From positions 1-63,147 of the forward strand of contig CAVVMJ010000008.1 of assembly GCA_963749445.1 (NCBI GenBank): a stretch of 63,147 bases of DNA, in the 5' to 3' direction. This document shows, one piece after another, positions 39,807-48,980 of this stretch. Below the pieces are notes generated by a model. The model made no database searches and had not been told where the DNA came from. It saw nothing but the letters and a program-made list of their open reading frames with translations. The DNA comes from an uncultured bacterium (GTDB lineage Bacteria > Patescibacteriota > Doudnabacteria > UBA920). The position numbers and the translations under genes were made by a program. Every line of letters begins with the position of its first letter. Position 1 is the first letter of the stretch.

Positions 39807-39910
39807 CTTCTCCTACGAACTTACGAACGGAGCGAACTACGAACTGCCGGTAAAATCCAAAGTAATTATGAGTTCGTAGTTCGATAAAGTTCGTACGTTC
39901 GTAGGGAAGG
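39807..39910. repeat. word-hairpin (TACGAAC / GTTCGTA words)
   Basis: Starts at the nucleotide after the nrdR stop (39804-06). Confidence 0.75.
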
Positions 39911-39949
39911 ACATCAGTTAAAAATTTAGGAATTAACGAGTAACATACT

Positions 39950-42677
39950 ATGCCTACCCAAATCAAAGAAAACCTGCAAACCCGCAAAATCAACGCATTG
40001 TCCGAATTGGGAGAAAAAATTTTTTTGGACCGCTATGCGGTTAAAGATATGAAGCGTGAAACTTTGGCAATTGGCGATACCGTGGTGGTTTTGGTAAATC
40101 CCAAAACCGGCCAGCGCGAGATCGGCGTCGTTGAGACTTTGGATTTGGCCAAGCGCGAAGTCCGGTGCGCATGAGAGACGGCGACTTGGAAAGCGCGCCA
40201 TTGATCACGTGGACAAACCGTTGGAGACCGTGCCGGAGCAGATGTTTGAACGCGTCGCCCACCACATTGCCAGCGTGGAAAAAACCGCGGAAAACAGCAA
40301 GAATGGGAAGTAAAATTCCGCGAAATGATGGACGACTGGAAGTACGTGCCGGCCGGCCGGATTTTTACCGGCGCCGGTACCGGCCAAAATTTGACTTTTT
40401 ATAACTGTTACGTTCTGCCCTGCCCGAAAGATCCCGCGGCGGTATTTTTAAGGCCTTGGCCGATATGGCGGAAATTATTTCCCGCGGCGGCGGCGACGGG
40501 CATGAATGTTTCTACCTTGCGTCCCAAGTACTCTTATGTCAAGGGAGTCAACGGCAGAAGCAGCGGTGCGGTATCCTGGGCATCGCTCTATAGTTTTGTC
40601 ACCGGCTTGATTGAGCAGGGCGGTAGCCGCAGGGGGGCCTTAATGCTGATTTTAAATGTTTGGCATCCGGATATTATTGATTTTATCAATTCCAAAAAAG
40701 AAGCGGGGAAAATTGAAAACGCCAATATTTCCGTCGGCATTACCGATGATTTTATGGAAGCGGTCAAAAACGACCGGCCCTGGGATTTGGTTTTTCCCGA
40801 CACTTCCGATCCGCTTTACGACAGCCGTTGGCAGGATTGCCAGGGCGACATTCGCAAGTGGCAGAAGTTAGGCGGCAAAGTTGTTAAGCATAAGACCGTA
40901 AGGGCCCAGGATATTTGGACTAGCATTATTGAATCGGCCCACGCCAGCGCTGAGCCGGGCATGTATTTTATTGACCGCGCCAACTATTATTCCAATTCGC
41001 ATTATTATGCCAGCTTGCCTTGCACTAACCCCTGCGGCGAGCAGCCCTTGCCGGCCTGGGGCGTGTGCAATTTGGGCCATGTGAATTTGGCCAAACACGT
41101 CAATAAAGATACCAAGGAAGTTTTGTGGAATGATTTAAAAACTACGGTACAGCAGGCCGTGCGTTTTCAGGATAATGTGATTGACGCGACCCCGTATTTT
41201 TTTGAGGAAAATAAAAACCAGCAAATGTCCGAGCGGCGCGTTGGGATGGGCACCATTGGTTTGGCGGAAATGCTGATTCATTTGGGTTTGCGCTACGGTA
41301 GCCCCGAGGGCGTGGAATTTATAGATAAACTCTACCAGTTTATTGCCATGACGGCTTACGAAACCTCCGTGGAATTGGCGCGCGAAAAAGGCGCATTCCC
41401 GAAGTTTGAAGCCGAAAAGTTTTTGGAGAGCGGCTACATGAAAAATATGCCGGCTTACATCCGCGATTTGGTGGCGCAGTATGGCATCCGCAACGTGACC
41501 ATTCTGACCCAGGCGCCGACCGGCACCGTGGGCACCATGGTCGGTACGTCCACGGGTATTGAGCCGTTTTTTTCCTGGACGTATTTCCGCAAATCCCGTT
41601 TGGGTGTGCACGAGGAAAAAATCAAACTCGCGGCCGACTGGCAGGAAAAGCATCCCGGGGCCAGAGTTGCCCGATTATTTTGCCACGGCTATGGACTTAA
41701 GCCCGGAAGAGCACGTGCGCGTGCAGGCCGCGGTCCAGCGCTGGACCGACAGCGCTATAAGCAAAACCGTGAACGCCCCGGCCGACTACTCCGTGGAGCA
41801 GACCAAGCAGCTATATACTTTAATGTATGATTTGGGCTGCAAGGGCGGCACGATTTACCGCGATGGTTCGCGTGACGAGCAAATACTCGCGACCGATCAC
41901 AAAAAATTGGGCAAGGACGCTTCTGACCAGGTGGAAGATAAAATGGCGAAAGACGCTTCGGATCAGGCCGCGGTCAAGATAGAGCAGCCAAAGGAAGTAA
42001 TGTCGGTTATGGGCGACAACGTGCAAATAAAATTTGCGCCGCGCACCCGGCCGGATATGATGCAGGGCATTACTTACAAAATGAACACGGCGTACGGTAA
42101 TTTGTACGTTACGGTTAACGAAGACGAGCAGGGGCCGTTTGAGGTCTTTGCGGCCATGGGCAAGGCCGGCGGTTTCTTTAGCGCGCAGACAGAGGCGATT
42201 ACCCGGATGATTTCTTTGGCACTTCGGTCCAACATGGCCATACAGGAAGTTATTGCGCAATTAAAAGGCATCCGCGGGCCGGACGTGTCGTTCTCGGAGG
42301 ACGGCATGGTTTTTAGCCTGCCGGATGCCATTGCCAAAGTTTTGGAAAAACATATTAAGCGCGGCGAAAAGCAGTTGGCGCTGGATCTTCCGACAACTGA
42401 TGTGGGGGCCGCGCTTGCGCGCCCGTCATCGGAAACGGGCGGCCAAGGCCAACCCCTACAAAGCGAAACAGTGATGAAAATGGAAGAACAAATTACCGAA
42501 CAAGTCACGGTGGAAGAAAAAATCAAGACCAACGGGCATATGACCTACAAAACTACGCAAAAAGTTTCCATTGCCAATTTGGGTAACGCGCCGGTCTGCC
42601 CGGCCTGCGCCAATATGCTGGTCATGGCAGAAGGATGCATGAAATGTGAGTTTTGCGGGTACAGCAAGTGCGGGTAA
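39950..42677 (+). CDS. nrdJ: class II (adenosylcobalamin-dependent) ribonucleotide reductase; at least 6 frame breaks
   Basis: YVPAGRIFTGAG, NCYVLP, GGSRRGALM, TNPCGEQPL, QAPTGT, C-terminal CPACANMLVMAEGCMKCEFCGYSKCG. Breaks at ~40165, ~40191, ~40305, ~40432, ~40493 and ~41655. Confidence 0.85.
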
Positions 42678-42693
42678 TACCGCTGAACCGTGG

Positions 42694-42745
42694 AGCTTCC
42701 CCTCCTTGCTGAGGAGGGGTGGACGCCGGAGGCGGACGGGGTGGT
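42694..42745. repeat. family E-like double hairpin
   Basis: CCCCTCC-ttgctg-AGGAGGGG plus GACGCC-gga-GGCGGAC. Confidence 0.55.
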
Positions 42746-42847
42746 TGGAGTATCTTGCGCCGATTAAAATGTATATATCCGTGTATATACTAAAGTATAT
42801 ACTTTTAAACAAGGCGGCCGGCTGTCCCAGCCGGCCGCCTGAAAAAT

Positions 42848-43474
42848 ATGTCCAAGATAAAAATCACGGAACAAAATCCGCCAATCGGCGGAGAAAACAA
42901 AGGCTTGGTCATTTGTTATATCGGCGCGGGCAAGGGGAAGACCACGGCGGCGATGGGGTTGGCCGTAAGGGCGAGCGGGGCGGGGATGGATGTGTTTATT
43001 TTGCAGTTTGTAAAGGCGCGAAAATCGTCGGAAGACAAAACCGCGGAAGGGGAGTGGCCGCTTAGCTGCGAGATTGATTTTTTTAACAACGTAAGTTTTA
43101 CATCGCGCGTCGGCAAAATTGAAACCGAACAGGCCGGAATTGGCTTTGTCGGAATTTTGGGGGACCGCAAGCAAAAAGACATCCACATCCGCGAAGCTCT
43201 TAAGGGCTTGGAGCGGGCGCGGGAAATCATCACGTCAAAAAAATACCAAGTCGTCATTCTTGATGAAATTATTTCCGCGCTGGAGTTAAAATTAATTGAG
43301 GAGCGGGATATTATCGATTTAATAAATAATAAGCCGGCGGATGTCCATTTGGTTTTAACCGGCCACAATAAATTCCCTCAAATTTTAAAACAGTGCGATT
43401 TGGTCACGGAAATGAAAATGGTCAAGCACCCATATTATAAAGGTATATTGGCGCAGCGGGGGATAGACTATTAG
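42848..43474 (+). CDS. cobO: ATP:cob(I)alamin adenosyltransferase, CobA/CobO/BtuR type
   Basis: GAGKGKTTAAMG P-loop, VVILDEI, LTGHN, VKHPYYKGILAQRGIDY. Confidence 0.85.
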   Translation: MSKIKITEQNPPIGGENKGLVICYIGAGKGKTTAAMGLAVRASGAGMDVFILQFVKARKSSEDKTAEGEWPLSCEIDFFNNVSFTSRVGKIETEQAGIGFVGILGDRKQKDIHIREALKGLERAREIITSKKYQVVILDEIISALELKLIEERDIIDLINNKPADVHLVLTGHNKFPQILKQCDLVTEMKMVKHPYYKGILAQRGIDY

Positions 43475-43479
43475 CAAAA

Positions 43480-43600
43480 CCGCGGAGCCCCTTCTCCTTT
43501 TGAGGAGAAGGTGGCCGAAGGCCGGATGAGGTTGCAGTCATCACAAAAGGAAACAACCTCTCCCTAACCCTCCCCTCAAGAGGGGAGGGAAGCTCCGCGA
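43480..43600. repeat. composite family E element
   Basis: Outer CGCGGAGC/GCTCCGCG, with inner CCTTCTCC..GGAGAAGG, GGCC-gaa-GGCC and CCCTCCCCT-caag-AGGGGAGGG. Confidence 0.6.
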
Positions 43601-43613
43601 AAAGACCCCGCGA

Positions 43614-43642
43614 TTGACAATCTGTGTTTTACAACTTAAAAT
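43614..43642 (+). promoter_or_regulatory. sigma70-like promoter
   Basis: TTGACA-17 nt-TAAAAT. Confidence 0.5.
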
Positions 43643-43650
43643 CATCAAGT

Positions 43651-44262
43651 ATGAAAAAGTTTTTTATATTATCAGCCACAATACTTTTGCTTGCCGTGGC
43701 ATGCAATAAAACCCAGCCGCAGGCTGGTAATCAGCCGACCAGTTATGATGAATGTACATCGATGGGCGGCCAACTGAACAGGAACCCAGGATATCCTCAA
43801 TGTTCTTATAACGGCAAAGTTTTTGCCGGGCCGCCTCAATCAGGAGTATCGGAAAATCCAAATCAGGGGACAACTACCGCAGGCCAAGTTTCCGCACCAA
43901 AAGGTCAAACCACGACCCGCGATAATCCCAATGGGCCGGATTACTTCCCGGGCGGCCAAAAACCGGCAGGCCAAGTAAGCGAGGTAGTGTTCGGGTCGGA
44001 TTTACTCGAGCCACCCTATGATATTATCAGCGGCCAGACAGCTTTGGATTTACTAAAGATTAAGCATAAGGTTGTAGCAAAAACCTATTCCGGTATTGGC
44101 GAGTTTGTGGAGTCAATTGACGGCATGAAGCCGGACAGCCAGCACTTTTGGGCGTTTTACGTTAACGGCAAATCCAGTAACGTCGGCGCGTCGTCGTACG
44201 TTTTAAAGAGCGGCGATAAGATTGAGTGGAAGTTGGAAGCGATAAGTTCATCGGGAGAATAA
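43651..44262 (+). CDS. lipoprotein with transcobalamin-like (DUF4430-type) C-terminal domain
   Basis: Lipobox LLAVAC. C-terminal pattern GEFVESIDG..WAFYVNG..GASSYVLKSGDKIEWK. Confidence 0.6.
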   Translation: MKKFFILSATILLLAVACNKTQPQAGNQPTSYDECTSMGGQLNRNPGYPQCSYNGKVFAGPPQSGVSENPNQGTTTAGQVSAPKGQTTTRDNPNGPDYFPGGQKPAGQVSEVVFGSDLLEPPYDIISGQTALDLLKIKHKVVAKTYSGIGEFVESIDGMKPDSQHFWAFYVNGKSSNVGASSYVLKSGDKIEWKLEAISSSGE

Positions 44263-44276
44263 AATAACAAACAAGT

Positions 44277-44362
44277 GTCCATCCCGGAATTTTTTGCGCT
44301 GATGACTGTCGCGAGCCGCAAAAAACCTGTCCTGAGCGAAGTCGAAGGATATCTGGGATCCA
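44277..44362. repeat. family D element copy
   Basis: TCCATCCCGGAATTTTTTGCG ... GATATCTGGGATCCAG with an internal CCTGAGCGAAGTCGAAGG motif. Confidence 0.6.
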
Positions 44363-44377
44363 GAACAAAGTAAATAT

Positions 44378-45024
44378 ATGGTCGTATATTTTATTATCAT
44401 CTTGGCGATTATTACACGTTTTATCCCGCACATGCCAAACTTTGCGCCGATTACGGCGTTGGCGATTTTTTCTGCTGCCAATTTGGGCTGGAAAAATCCG
44501 TGGCTTTGACTTTGGCCGTAAGGTTCGCCAGCGATATTTTTTTGGGTTTCTTTGCGTGGCCGCTGATGCTGGCGGTTTACGCCTCTCATTTGGCCGGCGT
44601 GCTGTTTGGGGTTTGGATTGCACGATCCTCCAGAGTCGTCATTCCGAGCGACCCTTCACTTTCTTTCGCATTAGAAAGTGTAGGGGAGCCGAGGAATCCC
44701 TTATCGACGAATGTTAAGGGATCCCTCCGCTCCTCGGCTGCACTCGTCGGTCGGGATGACACAGCTAAGAAATGGCTTAAAATCTTTGGTTCGTCTTTGG
44801 CGGCCTCAATCATCTTTTTCCTTGTCACCAACTTCGCGTTTCTTTACGGAACCTATCCGCATAACATCACAGGCATTATTGCGGCTTATACAAACGGCCT
44901 GCCATTTTTCCGCGGCACTTTGTTTGGCGATTTGGCTTATACAGTTGCTTTGTTTGGCAGTTATGAATTCGCGCGATATTTGGCGCAGCGGCCAAAAAGG
45001 CAACATTTAAAAAATCTCGCTTAA
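44378..45024 (+). CDS. polytopic membrane protein (possible vitamin-transporter S-component-like); one frame break and a 41-codon repeat insertion
   Basis: N-terminal RFIPHMPNFAPITALAIF. Break at the A5 run ~44490. Hydrophobic helices lie on both sides of the insertion. Confidence 0.55.
44638..44760. repeat. 123-nt palindromic element (family D-like) in frame inside CDS
   Basis: Termini GTCATTCCGAGCGA ... TCGGTCGGGATGAC. 123 nt = 41 codons (VVIPSDPSLSF...LVGRDD). Confidence 0.75.
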
Positions 45025-45051
45025 AGCGGGATTTTTTTGTATAATCAAGTT

Positions 45052-45275
45052 ATGACAAAAATAACCGTAATCGCGCATCCCAATTCCAAACGCCCAGGAT
45101 AGACAAAGACCTGCTCGGCACTTTGAACGTTTACGTCAGCGAGCCGCCTCTGGAAGGGCGGGCTAATGAAGCTGTGATAAAAGCGCTGGCCGGTTATTTT
45201 AACATCAGAAAATCCCAAATTCAATTAATCAGAGGCCACAAGTCCAGAATAAAATTTTTTGACATTAATCTCTAA
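45052..45275 (+). CDS. DUF167/YggU-like protein; one frame break
   Basis: LEGRANEAVIKALAGYF. Break at ~45100. Confidence 0.55.
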
Positions 45276-46737
45276 AAGTAAAATTTTTATCTGCTTGGCT
45301 ATAAATTTTGCCGCGGGTGTGTGGCTGGCGTCGCGGTTTTTTATTGCGGAAATTTATCCGCTGCTCGCAATGGCCGCGTCGGCCGTGGCGTTCGCTTTAA
45401 CTTATCAGCAAAAAAATAAGTTCGCGTGCCTGGCAGCGCTGATGCTGTTTTTTTGCGGCTTGGGCGCGCTGCGCCAAAATTTTTCCGTGGCGCCAAACCA
45501 ATACCAAAAGTTATTTGACACCAAGCAGCAACTGGAAGGCTATATCGTAGAGGATATTGATATGCGGCAGGCCAACCAATTTTTAACTATCCAGCCCAAA
45601 GGTTTTGGCCAAAGAATCTTGGTGAGCGCGCCGACTACGGCCGATTATTTTTACGGCGACTGGGTGGTAGCAAGCGGCAAAATCCAGCAGCCGCAGAATT
45701 TTGACGATTTTGACTATCAAAAATATCTGGAGCGCTACAATGTTTACGCCACAATGAGCTATCCGAAAATTTTGGTGCTTAAGGGTCATCAACAAAATTT
45801 TGTCAAAGAGTGGCTGTTGGACATTAAATGGGCGTTTACGCGCCGCGTGGACAAGCTTTTGCCCGAACCGCAAAGCAGCTTGCTTATGGGAATTTTAATC
45901 GGCGCGCGTAAGACTTTGCCGCCCGATGTGGTGAATAATTTTAATGCCACGGGCGTGTCGCACGTGATTGCCATTTCCGGTTATAACATCACTATTATAG
46001 TTTCCGCTTTGGGTTACGCGCTGTATTTTTTGGGTCGGCGCTCCAGGTTTTGGCTGACTTTGGGGGTTATCGTGGGATTTGTCATTTTATCCGGCGCGTC
46101 GGCTTCGGTAATCCGCGCCGCGATTATGGGCGGGCTGGTTTTGCTATCGGCTATCATCGGCCGCCAATATAGTGTCGGGCCGTCCCTGTTTTTTGCCGCG
46201 CTGATTATGCTCCTGCTCAATCCGAGAATTTTATTTTGGGACGCCAGTTTTCAGTTGTCGTTTTTGGCGACCTTGGGCATTGTTTATTTTTTGCCTCTGC
46301 TGGAACGTTTGACGGATAGATGGGATAACGTTTTGAACATCAAAAGCATCTTGCTTACGACTTTATCCGCGATTTTATTTACCCTGCCGCTAATTTTGTT
46401 CACGTTCGGCCGGCTGAGCGTGGTGGCGCCTTTAGTCAACATTTTGATTTTGCCGATTGTGCCGCTGACCATGCTGCTCGGATTTTTAACCGTCCTACCG
46501 GTGGTCGGGGCGGGCTGCGCTTTTGCGGTCAGTTTGTTTTTAAGATATATGTTAAGCGTTACCGCGGCGTTCGCGCACGTGCCTTACGGGAGTTTGGCAA
46601 TGAAAATTTCGCAATATGATTTTTTGGCGCTGGGGCTGGGCGTGTTGTTTTTATATGTTTGGCTGAAGCGGATGGTTGTTAAGAGATTGAATCATAATGA
46701 TACAGTACAGGTTACCGGCCCGTTTATGTCCTCGTAG
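45259..46737 (+). CDS. comEC: ComEC/Rec2-family competence channel protein
   Basis: Polytopic protein with NATGVSHVIAISGYNITI, a ComEC core motif. TTG start as in the ORF track. Confidence 0.8.
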   Translation: MTLISKSKIFICLAINFAAGVWLASRFFIAEIYPLLAMAASAVAFALTYQQKNKFACLAALMLFFCGLGALRQNFSVAPNQYQKLFDTKQQLEGYIVEDIDMRQANQFLTIQPKGFGQRILVSAPTTADYFYGDWVVASGKIQQPQNFDDFDYQKYLERYNVYATMSYPKILVLKGHQQNFVKEWLLDIKWAFTRRVDKLLPEPQSSLLMGILIGARKTLPPDVVNNFNATGVSHVIAISGYNITIIVSALGYALYFLGRRSRFWLTLGVIVGFVILSGASASVIRAAIMGGLVLLSAIIGRQYSVGPSLFFAALIMLLLNPRILFWDASFQLSFLATLGIVYFLPLLERLTDRWDNVLNIKSILLTTLSAILFTLPLILFTFGRLSVVAPLVNILILPIVPLTMLLGFLTVLPVVGAGCAFAVSLFLRYMLSVTAAFAHVPYGSLAMKISQYDFLALGLGVLFLYVWLKRMVVKRLNHNDTVQVTGPFMSS

Positions 46738-46791
46738 GGGAGGGTTTCCACCTACGCCAGGCTTCGGCGGACAAGTAAAACCCTCCCCTAC
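46734..46791. repeat. hairpin with 14-nt arms over the comEC stop codon
   Basis: GTAGGGGAGGGTTT ... AAACCCTCCCCTAC. The loop carries CCTACGCCAGGCTTCGGCGGACAAG, also seen at ~52125. Confidence 0.65.
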
Positions 46792-46889
46792 AATGCAGGG
46801 CATACATCAGCGGACGATGAATGCCAGATCTGTTGCCCGATTGCCGATTTCCTGATAAAATAATCAAAGGTTGATTAAAAAAAGAATTT

Positions 46890-47675
46890 ATGTCTAACAG
46901 AGCCCTTATTATTAGCATCATTGCGATTGTGGTCGTGTTTGCCGGCGTGGTAGCAATTGTCCGCTACCAGAATAACAAACAGATTAGCGGCACGCAGGAA
47001 AACCAGTCGGCAGAGCAGCTGGCTAATCAGAACCCTCCCAATCAAGCGCCGGCCAGTCCCGCGGAAACCGCGCCCAGTTCCACGCCACCCACGGCGATGT
47101 CCACCGCGGCCAACGAAACCTGCCAGCGGGATTTTAACGCCGGCAAGTTGGCAAAAAATTCCAGTCTCAGTTTGGCCAATCGTGAAGTGACAATTAACGT
47201 TAAAGATTTTGGCGATATTACTTTGCAGTTTTACGATAAAGACGCGCCCAAGGCTGTGGAGAATTTTTTGCGGCTCGCCGACAGCGGCTATTATGATTGT
47301 TTGACTTTCCACCGCGTGGCCAAAGGTTTTGTTATCCAGGGCGGCGACCCGAACGGCGACGGCAGCGGGGGGCAATCGGCTTTCGGCGCTCCGTTTGCCG
47401 ACGAATTAAATCCGGATACTCCATCGTATAAGGCGGGTTACGTAAAAGGCGTGCTGGCCATGGCCAACAGCGGCCCCAACACCAACGGCAGCCAGTTCTT
47501 TATTATGCTGGGCGACGTGCCGCTTGATCATAAGTACACGATTTTCGGCAAAGTTACCGTTGGGCAGGATGTGGTGGATAAAATCGGTCAGGTTGATATT
47601 ACGCCGGTTATGGGCCCTACTGATGGGTCGCCGAAAACGCCGGTGGTAATGCAATCGGTTAAGATCATTAAATGA
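46890..47675 (+). CDS. cyclophilin-type peptidyl-prolyl isomerase with N-terminal membrane anchor
   Basis: FHRVAKGFVIQGGDPNGDGSGG, GSQFFI. Confidence 0.9.
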   Translation: MSNRALIISIIAIVVVFAGVVAIVRYQNNKQISGTQENQSAEQLANQNPPNQAPASPAETAPSSTPPTAMSTAANETCQRDFNAGKLAKNSSLSLANREVTINVKDFGDITLQFYDKDAPKAVENFLRLADSGYYDCLTFHRVAKGFVIQGGDPNGDGSGGQSAFGAPFADELNPDTPSYKAGYVKGVLAMANSGPNTNGSQFFIMLGDVPLDHKYTIFGKVTVGQDVVDKIGQVDITPVMGPTDGSPKTPVVMQSVKIIK

Positions 47676-47701
47676 CAATCATTAATTAAATTTATAATAG
47701 T

Positions 47702-47815
47702 TGTCATCCCGGAATTTTTTACGCTGATGGTTATCGTAAGCCGTAAAAAATATCCGGGATCCAGTCAGGCCTGGTTCTGGATCCCGGTTCTCGGCTGCTA
47801 CTGCCCGGGATGACA
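47702..47815. repeat. family D element (full copy)
   Basis: GTCATCCCGG ... CCCGGGATGAC outer arms with inner AATTTTTTACG/CGTAAAAAATAT. Confidence 0.75.
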
Positions 47816-47826
47816 GGGAAAAAAAT

Positions 47827-48426
47827 ATGGACATAAACGAAAAAATCAAACAGGAAAAAACTTTGGTGCTGGTTAAGCCCGACGGCGTCAAAAGGGGACT
47901 TATTGGCGAAGTCGTTTCGCGCATTGAGCGGCGCGGCCTAAAAGTCATTGCCATGAAAATGGTGCAGGTCGGCGACGAGCACATTAAAAATCATCTTCCC
48001 AAGAGCGACGAATGGATGGAGCGTTTGGGCAACAAGACGTTGAAGACTTTCGCGGAATACGGCATTGACGCGATGGAAGCGCAGGGCACGACCGACCCCA
48101 AAGAAATCGGCAAAATGGTCAAGCACGCGCTGGTGGAATATTTAACCGGCGGGCCGGTGGTGGCCATGGTGGTGCAGGGCATCCACGCCATTGATATGGT
48201 GCGCAAGCTGGCGGGTAACACTTTGCCGGTGTTCGCGGAAATGGGTACCATCCGCGGCGATTATTCCGTTGACTCGCCGTCAGTGGCCAACGTAGAACGT
48301 CGCGCCATCCATAACATTATGCATGCCAGCGAAACCATTGAAGAGGCCAACAATGAAATCAGTTTGTGGTTTACCCCGTCAGAAATTCACGCTTACAAGA
48401 GAGCAGAAGAGGATATAATGTTTTAA
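47827..48426 (+). CDS. ndk: nucleoside-diphosphate kinase (long form)
   Basis: EKTLVLVKPDGVKRGLIGEV and NIMHASE (active-site His region). Confidence 0.85.
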   Translation: MDINEKIKQEKTLVLVKPDGVKRGLIGEVVSRIERRGLKVIAMKMVQVGDEHIKNHLPKSDEWMERLGNKTLKTFAEYGIDAMEAQGTTDPKEIGKMVKHALVEYLTGGPVVAMVVQGIHAIDMVRKLAGNTLPVFAEMGTIRGDYSVDSPSVANVERRAIHNIMHASETIEEANNEISLWFTPSEIHAYKRAEEDIMF

Positions 48427-48434
48427 GCACGAAT

Positions 48435-48728
48435 ATGAATATCCATTTAAAAATTTGGATTCCTGGTTTACTGTCGTTTTTTACCTTTTTGATTTACAAA
48501 GGTTTACAATTGCATCCAGGCCCAAGAATCGAAGTTCAACCCACGTTTTGGTTCTTTGTAACGCTCATACTGCAGCTACTTGCAGCTTGGTATGCTTATA
48601 AACTGCTAAAGATTAAAAATCGTTCCGGTACCTGGATCGGCCTGGTAGTTGTCATAGGCTTATTGGGTATTATTATAGTTGAATTGCTGCCTGCCAAGAA
48701 AATTATCCCTCCGCCTGTTTCGGTTTAA
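48435..48728 (+). CDS. small membrane protein (97 aa)
   Basis: ATG 48435 and three hydrophobic helices. Confidence 0.5.
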   Translation: MNIHLKIWIPGLLSFFTFLIYKGLQLHPGPRIEVQPTFWFFVTLILQLLAAWYAYKLLKIKNRSGTWIGLVVVIGLLGIIIVELLPAKKIIPPPVSV

Positions 48729-48738
48729 TATCAATTTA

Positions 48739-48774
48739 AAAAGGACTGTCCTTGCTGCAAGGGCAGTCCTTTTG
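48739..48774 (+). terminator. intrinsic terminator
   Basis: AAGGACTGTCCTT-gctgc-AAGGGCAGTCCTT followed by TTT. Confidence 0.65.
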
Positions 48775-48937
48775 CATTCAGCGACCCATCAGCATACATA
48801 TCAGCATCAATTCAGCGGAAAGAGATCCTTTGGCCGGCCTGTGATAATCATCATGCGGCCTCAGATGACGCCGCTATTTTTAATTGTAGAGGTGGCGTCA
48901 CTTTTTTGCGAAAAAATCTCGGTAGTTTTAAAAATTC

Positions 48938-48970
48938 TTCCCTTTTTTCACATATGTGAAAAAAAGGAAA
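48938..48970. repeat. CACATATGTG-core palindrome, family F copy 1
   Basis: CCCTTTTTTCACAT|ATGTGAAAAAAAGG. It lies 3' of rel. Confidence 0.7.
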
Positions 48971-48980
48971 CAAAGTTATA

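Noticed and set aside
41880-42000. An intein or intron inside nrdJ was considered, prompted by the duplicated KDASDQ segment and the multiple ORF pieces.
   Set aside because: No intein block motifs (Cys/Ser...His-Asn-Cys) or homing-endonuclease motifs are present. The pieces join directly by 1-nt shifts. The duplicated segment is a short low-complexity linker.
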